From: Opitutaceae bacterium
GTDB taxonomy: Bacteria; Verrucomicrobiota; Verrucomicrobiia; Opitutales; Opitutaceae
Length of the DNA stretch: 47,900 nucleotides
Direction of reading: 5' to 3'
Assembly (NCBI GenBank): GCA_027485045.1
Contig: JAIXRU010000246.1
Location: 1-47,900 of the forward strand
Below are positions 28,247 to 37,000 of the stretch, in pieces. The position numbers and the translations under genes were made by a program. The notes under the pieces are model-generated. The model made no database searches. It saw only the letters and a program-made list of their open reading frames with translations, and was not told the origin of the DNA. The number at the start of each line of letters is the position of its first letter. Position 1 is the stretch's first letter.

Positions 28247-30700
28247 ATGCACGACCCCCTGACGCGTCGCACGTTTGTCCAAAAAACCGGGCTGGCCATG
28301 CTGGGTCTTACGGTCGCGCAGGCGACCCGTGCGACGACAGCGTCCCCCCTGCCCGAGGCTCAGAGAATCCAGCCTGGTAAGACCTGCCTCTGGTATGACC
28401 GCCCGGCCACCCATTTCAACGACGCCCTGCCCATCGGCAACGGTCGCATCGGTGCGATGGTCCACGGCGGCACCACCCGCGAAAAACTCACCCTCAATGA
28501 AGACACCCTCTGGGCCGGACGGTCTGCGCCGGAGCCCTCGCCCCAGGCACGTGAGACGCTGGCCGCCATCCGTGCCCAACTGCGCGAGGGCAACTACGAA
28601 ACCGCCCAGCGCCTGGTCGAAGAAAAAATTCTCACCCGCCACACCCAGCCGTATCTTCCCGCCGGAGAACTGCTCATCGAACGTGATTTTTCCAGTGAAC
28701 CGCAGCACTACCGCCGTTCGCTCGATCTGGCCGAAGGCATTGCCCGCGCGGAGTGGACAGCGGACGGCCATAGTTTTTTTCAGGAGAGTTTCGCCTCTGC
28801 GGTGCATCAGGTGCTGGTATTGCGCTTTGCCTCGGAAACGCCGGCCGGGTTCACGCTCAGCCTCAGTTGTCCCCTGCGCAGCACCGCGACCGTAGGCCCG
28901 GACCGGATGGATCTCGCGGGCGAGGCACCCGTTTTTGCCGGCGAAAAGGGAAATCCGGTGCTGCGTTATGCCCAACCGGGCGAGGACGCCCCGCGCCGCT
29001 TTAACGTGGGTTTGCGTGTGCTGGCCCCTGGCGCCCGCCTCACCGCAGACGCAGATCGCCTGGTGATCGCCGACGCCAAGGAAGTCGTGGTTTACCTGGC
29101 CCTCGCCACCACCCATCGCCGTGCGGATGCCCCCGCGCAGGTGGAAGCGTGGCTCCAGTCCGCCCTGCAGACTGGCTACGCTTCTTTGCGCGAAGCCCAT
29201 ATTGCCGACCATCGGCGGCTGTTTGACCGTGTGCAGCTGGATCTGGGCCGGGCGGAGAAACCCCTGGATCATCTCACCACTGACCAACGGTTGACGCGCA
29301 AACAGTCCGGCGAGGCCGATCCCGCGCTGGAGGCGCTGCTGTTCGACTATGGCCGCTACCTGCTCATGGCCAGCAGCCGTCCCGGGTCGCAACCGGCCAA
29401 TCTTCAGGGCATTTGGAACGACCTCGTCCACCCGCCCTGGTGGTCCAACTGGACGCTCAACATCAATCTGCCGATGAACTACTGGCCCGCCGAGGTGTGT
29501 GCCCTCCCGGAGTGCCATGAGCCGCTGTTTGCTTGGGTCGAGGCGCTCCGCCCAAGCGGGGAAAAAACCGCTGCCGTGCACTACGGTTGCCGGGGTTGGG
29601 TGGTGCACCACATGACCGACCTCCTTCACCAAACCACCCCGATCGCCGGACGAGCGCGGTATGCCTTTTGGGTCATGGGGGCCGCGTGGTTGTCGCGGCA
29701 TTTCTGGGAGCACTACCTTTATACGCAGGATCAACGCTTTCTTCAGGAACGCGCCTGGCCGGTAATGCACGGCGCGGCGGAGTTCCTGCTGGACTGGCTC
29801 GTCGAAGATGCCAGCGGACGTCTCACCACCTCGCCCTCGACTTCACCGGAAAACAGCTTTCTCGATAAGCAGGGCCGTCGCTGCAGTGTTTGCACCGGGT
29901 CGGCCATGGATCTCTCCATCACGCGCGACCTTTTTGTCCTATGCCTGCAGGCCGCCACCGTCCTTGGCACCCGGTCAGACGATTTTTCCCAGCAAATCGA
30001 AAAGGCCCTGGCCCGCCTCACCCCTCTGCAAATCGGAAAACGCGGCCAACTTCAGGAGTGGGACAAAGATTGGGAGGAGTTTGAGCCCGCGCACCGCCAT
30101 GTGTCGCACCTGTTCGGTTTGCATCCCGGCGCGGAAATCACCCCCCGCCACACACCCGAACTTGCGGACGCCGCGAGGCGTTCGCTGGAACTGCGCGGCC
30201 CCGAAGGCACCGGCTGGTCGCTGGCCTGGAAAATCAGCCTTTATGCCCGGCTGGGGGACGGCGAGCAGGCGTATCAATTCCTCGCGCGCCTGTTTCGCCG
30301 CGTGGAACCCCATACCACCCAAACCGCCGACGTCGGAGGCGGGCTTTACCCGAATCTCCTCGATGCCTGTCCGCCGTTTCAGATCGACGGGAATTTCGGT
30401 TACACCGCGGGCGTCGCCGAGTTGCTCCTGCAAAGCCACGCGGGTGATATCGAATTACTGCCCGCCCTGCCTGCGGCGTGGCCCGCGGGCTCGGTGCGCG
30501 GCCTTCGAGCGCGCGGAGGCTATGTGGTCGATATCTCCTGGCGGGAGGGGAAACTCAGCCAGACACGTATTCAGTCTTCAGTTACTGGTAAGACCGTGGT
30601 GCGCTATCAGGAGAAACTTCGGGATTTTTCCCTTGGCCCCTATGAGACTCTGAATCTGGACGGGGACCTCAAAGCGCGTTCTGGAACCGAGATTAGCTGA
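28247..30700 (+). CDS. Glycoside hydrolase family 95 (alpha-L-fucosidase-like), Tat-exported
   Basis: TRRTF Tat motif; ALPIGNGRIGAMV, LNEDTLW, YGRYLL.ASSR, PANLQGIWN, NINLPMNYW, PSTSPEN, HRHVSHL, PPFQIDGNFG. Confidence 0.95.
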   Translation: MHDPLTRRTFVQKTGLAMLGLTVAQATRATTASPLPEAQRIQPGKTCLWYDRPATHFNDALPIGNGRIGAMVHGGTTREKLTLNEDTLWAGRSAPEPSPQARETLAAIRAQLREGNYETAQRLVEEKILTRHTQPYLPAGELLIERDFSSEPQHYRRSLDLAEGIARAEWTADGHSFFQESFASAVHQVLVLRFASETPAGFTLSLSCPLRSTATVGPDRMDLAGEAPVFAGEKGNPVLRYAQPGEDAPRRFNVGLRVLAPGARLTADADRLVIADAKEVVVYLALATTHRRADAPAQVEAWLQSALQTGYASLREAHIADHRRLFDRVQLDLGRAEKPLDHLTTDQRLTRKQSGEADPALEALLFDYGRYLLMASSRPGSQPANLQGIWNDLVHPPWWSNWTLNINLPMNYWPAEVCALPECHEPLFAWVEALRPSGEKTAAVHYGCRGWVVHHMTDLLHQTTPIAGRARYAFWVMGAAWLSRHFWEHYLYTQDQRFLQERAWPVMHGAAEFLLDWLVEDASGRLTTSPSTSPENSFLDKQGRRCSVCTGSAMDLSITRDLFVLCLQAATVLGTRSDDFSQQIEKALARLTPLQIGKRGQLQEWDKDWEEFEPAHRHVSHLFGLHPGAEITPRHTPELADAARRSLELRGPEGTGWSLAWKISLYARLGDGEQAYQFLARLFRRVEPHTTQTADVGGGLYPNLLDACPPFQIDGNFGYTAGVAELLLQSHAGDIELLPALPAAWPAGSVRGLRARGGYVVDISWREGKLSQTRIQSSVTGKTVVRYQEKLRDFSLGPYETLNLDGDLKARSGTEIS

Positions 30701-31046
30701 AACAGTTTCTTTGGGCCTGAATATGAAGTCGGGGTGTAACTTGCATACAAGTTCCCTGTTCACCCTGTTTTCAACGCAACCCGGACGCGCTATCCCCTTG
30801 AGTCACAAAAAGACCCTGAAGTTCGTCCCATCCCTTAACCTCCACAGAGCCACCCGACCAGCACCCGTTCAGGCTTCGCACCGCTTCTGCAAAATCCCTG
30901 TAAAAACCTAGAAAGTTTTCCGAAATAATTGGAAAGTTTCTGCACGCTTCCCAATGTAAAGTCTTTACCCGCTCAGTCACCGCCATCTCTCCCAAGGTAA
31001 GCCACCCCCAGCCCCGCCGCTTCCACCGCCTCCGCGTCACCGCCCC

Positions 31047-34000
31047 ATGAAGCGTTACCTGATCTTTTTTTGCATCGTTTTCGGGTGCCTGAATCTGCCG
31101 CTTCCAGCCGCCGTCATCACCTGGTCCGGGGCGCGTGCCATCACCGCCGATAGCGACGTGAGCACCTCCGGCGTGCTCGTCAAAGCCCTCGCCGCCTCCG
31201 GCTCCGCCTACCCCACCGTCAACGGCGTCACCTTCACCCCCGCCCCCGGTCCCGACACCCTCACCGGCAACAACGCCACCAACCTCCCCACCGGCGCGCT
31301 CCCCGTGGGCGGCGCGCTCACCTCCGCTTACGCCACCCTCCTCAGCCAGAACATCGCCAACAACACCACCGGCTCCATCCTCACCCTCACACTCAACAAC
31401 CTAACCGTCGGCGCCCACTACGAGCTGCAAATCTGGTTTCACGACGCCAACGCCACCGGCCAGGGCACCCTGCTCGTCAAATCCCCCGGCACCACCGATC
31501 CCTGGGCCAAGCTCGACGCCAATCCCTCCGATCAACTCGGCGGTCGCGGCCAGTTCGCCCTCGGCACCTTCACCGCCGATGCCACCACGCAGGTCGTCAC
31601 CCTCCAAGGCAGCGTCAACGCCCTCCTCCAGGCCTACCAGCTCCGCCGCATCACCGCCCCGCTCGCCACCATCGCCTGGGAGGGCTGGCGCGAATCCACC
31701 GGGCCCGCCGAGGTCGCCACCACCGGCACCGGCACCCGCGCCTACACTTTTGGCCCCGTCGGCACCGCCCCGGCCGCCGCCCTGAATGGCGTTAACTTCA
31801 CCGCCTTCTCCGCCCAGTCCACGGACACCACCACCGGCTTGTCCGCCGCCCCGGCCAACACCTTCGCCTCCGCCGCCGCACCCTTTTCCACCCTGCCCGC
31901 CGACTACCGCGTCCTGCTCGGCAACGGCGCCACCGGCGCTCGCTCCGCCACCCTCACGCTCAACCAACTCCAGCCCGGCCAGTGGTACCTCGTGCAGGTC
32001 TGGGCCAACGACTCCCGCGCCCTCGCCGGCGGACGCAAACAACGCATCAACGGCTCCCTCTGGCTCAACTCCAACCCCGGCCTCACCAGCGACAACCTCG
32101 CCTTCGAGGGCGGTCTCGGCCACTGGATGCAGGGCTCGTTTCAGGCCTCCGCCGCCTCCCAGCGCCTGGAGTTCGATGCCGACTCCGCCGTGCAGCTCAA
32201 CGCCCTGCAACTGCGCGCCATCCCCGCGCCCGATCCCTACGTCCACGCCTTCCGCTGGCGGCGCTTGTGGTATCTCGCCTCCTGGCTCGACGGGCGCGTG
32301 CCCACCGCAGGCGGCATCATCTGGAGCCAGACGCAGGCCTGGTTCGCCACCGGCGATTTCGTAACCGCCCGCACCGATGCCGCCGCCAAGGGCGGTGCCA
32401 CCGCGATGTGGACGGGCTCCCCCTCCCATTTCGACATCTGGCCCGCCGCCGATCTCGTCGCCCGCCGCGCCAAATACGTGGACGCCCTCACCCGCGATCG
32501 TGTCCTCGCCGCCCTCCGTCGTTTCGGTTACCTGCGCAGCACTTCCAACTTCGCCGAGCTCGCCCTGTCCACCCGCCTGCTCGCCTCCGCCGCCTTTGGC
32601 GAAGACAGCCTGCTCCATCCGCAAAACGACATGTCCACCGCCGATCCCACCGGCCGCGACACCTTCATCGGGCGCGCCAATTCCAAGCTGCTGAATGGCT
32701 GCGGTGAATACGCCTCCTCGCCCTACGGCTGGTACAACATCCTGCCCTCCCTCTCCGTCGCCCAGCTCTCCACCGACCCCGTCGTGCGCAGTCGCGCCCT
32801 GCTCTCATTCGACGCCTGTCTCGCCCAGCTCGCCTCCGTCTGGATGCCCGAGGGCTACCTCCTCACCTTCAGCGGCCGTTCCTACCCCGAGGGCGCCTAC
32901 AACGGTCTCGGTCGCATGCTCTGGATGTGGTTCGGCGAAGCCCCGGCCACCTTCTCCTACCAACCCCAGGCGTCGATCGTGGCCGCGATGGAGTACACCC
33001 CGCCTGCCGCCCTCCTGCGCGCCGCCGGCGAACGCGACTCCATCTACACCTCCCGCCACAGTTTCGACGCCATCCAGACCGCCTACGTTTACAAAGACCA
33101 ATACGGCATCTACAGCCACGAGGGGCCCAGCGGCGGCCGCCAGCAATACCAGGACGGCGTGCGCTGGAAGGGCATGAAAAACAGCTACCTCTGGCTCACC
33201 AAACCCAACGACGACGATCCCGCCCTGGTGCGCGTCGCCGCCTGCCACGGCACCGTCAGCGCCGATGTCGGCACCGTCCAGCACAAGGACGCCATCCTCA
33301 TGGCCTTCGACATGAGCTACCCCAAGGCCACTCCCTACCCTTACGCCCTCGGCCACATCCCCGGCATCTACACCGCCATGCGCAACCGCACCGGCGCAAA
33401 CACCCCGGCCGACGGCCGCCCGCGCGTCTTCGTCCACTACGGCACCGTCATGGCCGTCATCACCGCCGACATCCCCTTCACCTGGGACCCCAACAGCGGC
33501 GTGTATTGCAAAGAAATGCCCACCGATCCCGGCGACTCCGAGATCCGCATCGCCGTCGGCGGCGTGGGCAATCCCGTCACCAATCCCACCGGCTTCATGA
33601 GCACCATCGACGCGCCCAACAACCGCTTCGCCATGGCCATCGAGACCGCCCACCCCGAGGAGTTTCCCGGCGTCGATGCCGCCGCCCAGCTCGCCGCCTT
33701 CGAGACCGCCATCCTCGCCCAAACCGCCCTGCGCCACGACGCCCCCAGCCCCACCGTCGCCTACTACACCACCCGCCGCGGCGAACGTCTCAAAGTGCAG
33801 GCCAAGGTCGGCGCCGCCTACCCCGTCGCCGCCGCCATCAACGATGTGGCGGTCGATTACGTGAACTGGCCCACCAACGAGAGCCCGTGGGTCAGCCAGC
33901 TCCGCCAGAACCCCTCCACCGTCAAACCCACCTCCGGCGGCAACGTCGTGCTCACCGCCGGCCGCCAGCGCACCGTCCTCGATGTTGTTAACTGGACCCG

Positions 34001-37000
34001 CACCGACAGTCTCCTGCCCGGCAGCACCACCACCCCCGCGCTCACCGCCGCCCCCGCCACCGGTCTTTTACCCACTTCCGCCGTCGCCTCGGCCGAGCTC
34101 ACCTCCACCGGCAGCGGCCCGACTTCCCTCACCTGTTACTGGGGCCCGACCGATGTCGGCCCCACCGCCTCCGGCTGGGCCCAGTCCCTCTCCCTCGGCA
34201 ACCGCGCCGTCGGCACCACCTTTGCCACCCTCACCGGCCTCACCCCGGGTGCCAGCTACGTTTACCGCTTCGCCGCCACCAACGCCTCCGGCACGTCCTG
34301 GAGCGCCCCCATCGCCTTCCAAGCCGCTCCCGTCCCCCCACCCGGCGTGCCGTCCGGCCTGCGCTTCACCCTGACCAGCGGTGCCATCCCGCTGGCCTGG
34401 GACGCCGCTACCGACGCCGTTTCCTACACCGTCAAACGCGCCACCACGTCCGGCGGCCCCTACACTGTACGCCAGAGCGGCTTAACCAGCCTCAGTTATA
34501 CGGATACAGGCCTCACCCCCGGCACGACTTACTACTACGTCGTCACCGCCGTAAACTCCGGCGGCGAAAGCGCCTCCTCCGGCCAGCTCACCGCCGCCCC
34601 CGCCACCACCCCCGCCGTGCCCGCCGGCGTCGCCGCCGTCACCGGTTTCCTCTACCCGCGCGTCTCCTGGACCGCCTCGCTCTTCGCCACCCGCTACATC
34701 GTCAAACGCGCCTCCGCCAGCACCGGTCCTTACACCACCCTGGCCACCGACGTGTCAGGCACATTCTTCGACGACACCACCGCCGCCAATCTCACGACTT
34801 ATTTCTACACCGTCGCCGCCGCCAATTTCGCCGGCACCAGCGCCGACTCCGCCCCCGGCTCCGTCGCCTTCTCCCTCGCCAGCTCCGTGATCCAGACCTC
34901 TGGCACGTGGAGCACCGTGCCATGGTATCCGACCAACCCCGGACGCCCCGCCTCGGGCAACACCACCGCCGTCGATTTTCTCAACCCCGACGCCGCCCTC
35001 GCCAGCCAGCAAAACCTCGGGGCCTTCACCCTGCGCCAGCTCCGTTTCCTCGGTCGCGATGTCACCCTCACCGGCGACCCGCTCACCCTCGGCGGCACCA
35101 CCCCGTCCCTCTCCGTCGCCGCCACCGGCACCGCCAGCCTGGCCAACAGCCTCACCCTCGCCGCCGCCACCACCTTAAACCTGGACGGCAACCTCACCCT
35201 TTCCGGCCCCCTCACCGGCACCGGCGCGCTCACCAAATCCGGCCCCGGCACCCTGCGTTTCGTCACCAACCCCGCCTACAGCGGCAACACCACCCTCGAT
35301 GGCGGCACCGTCGTTTTCGATGCCCCCGCACCCTCGGTCAAAACCCTCCTGCTCGGCGCTTCGGTCAACTCGCCCAACCCCACCCGCGTCGAGGTCAATG
35401 CCGATGTCTCCGTCACCGGCCTCACCGTGCAGACGACCGACGTCACCAATCTGCTCACCATCGCCGCCGGTCGCTCCTTTACCATCACCGGTTCCTTCCT
35501 CGGCGGCGGTCTCAATACCGGCTCCCAAGACAGCCACCTCACCGTCTCCGGCCCCGGCGCATTTGTCTTCAACAGCCCCACCTCACCCTTCGTCGTGCGC
35601 CGGGGCTCGCAGATCGATCTCAGCGCCGCCGGCGAAGTCCGCATCACCACGCCGCGTCTCCTCATCGGCGACAGCGATGTGCGCCCCTCCTCCCTGCCCG
35701 CCACCCTTACCGTCAGCGCCCACGGCCTCACCCGCATCCAGGCCGACGCCATCCACCTCGACGGCGTCTCCGTCGGCGGCACCACCAACGCGGGCGAATC
35801 CGCCACCTTCCTCGCCCCCGCCGGCTCCGGCCGTCTCGTCATCCGCAACACCGCCGGCACCGGCCCCGCCACCCTCGCCATGAATCTGCGCGGCGGCCAG
35901 TCCTCCGTCGCCTCCTACACCACCTTCGATCTGCGCGGCCACGACTCCGACCTCCTGCTCGACACCCTCGACATCGCCCACCGCAGCGTATCCTACGGCG
36001 GCGGCCCCGGCGCCGGTGCCTTTTTCTTTGATACCGGCACCCTCACCGTCACCGGTCGCACCCGCCTCGCCACCTCCGACCTCGCCACCGTCGTCAACTC
36101 CGCCAACGCCACCATCGGCGGCGGCACCGTCTCCCTGCTCGGCGGCCTCGATGTCGCCACCGTCACCACCGGACAGCGCATCGCCGCCAGCTTCACCCTC
36201 GACGACGGCGACATGACCTCCGGAAAGATCACCCTCGCCACCGCCGCCCACGGCCGCGCCACCGCCGACCTCATCCTCAACGGCGGCTCCCTCACCCTCA
36301 CCGACGACATCACCACCGGCATCAACCTCCCCGCCCCCGACGGCTCCGCCAGCTCCGTCACCGCCCGCGTCCTCCTCGACGGCACCACCCTCGACCTCGC
36401 CGGCCACGACCTCGGCACCCCCGCCGGCCCCATCGCCCTCCTCTCCCTGCAAAGCGGCGAACTCCGCAACATCGGCAGTATCGCATCACTCGATACCGCC
36501 GGCACCACCGTGCTCACCGGCCTCACCAAGACCGACATCGCCACCCTCCGCCTCTCCGGCCTCAACACCTACACCGGCCCCACCAGCATCCAGAGCGGCG
36601 AACTCGCCCTCCGCGCCGGCTCCGTCACCGCCTCCTCCAGCCTCACCGTCGAGCTCCTCGGCACCCTCTCCGGCACCGGCACCATCGCCAGCCCCGTCAC
36701 CATCAAGGGCGACTTCCGCCCCGGAGATCCCGCCGACCCCGCCGCCACCCTCGCCCTCACCCGCACCGTCACCCTCGCCTCCACCGCCGAGACCTTCTTC
36801 TCCATCGACCGCGCCCTCACCCTCCCCGCCGCCCGCGTCAGCGGCAGCACCACCCTCACCTACGGCGGCATCCTCCGCATCACCAACACCGGTGCCGCCC
36901 TCGGCGATGGCGACCGCTTCGTGCTCTTCGGCGCCCAGACCTACCTCGGCACCTTTGCCACCCTCGACCTGCCGCCCCTCGCCGCCGGTCTCGCCTGGGA

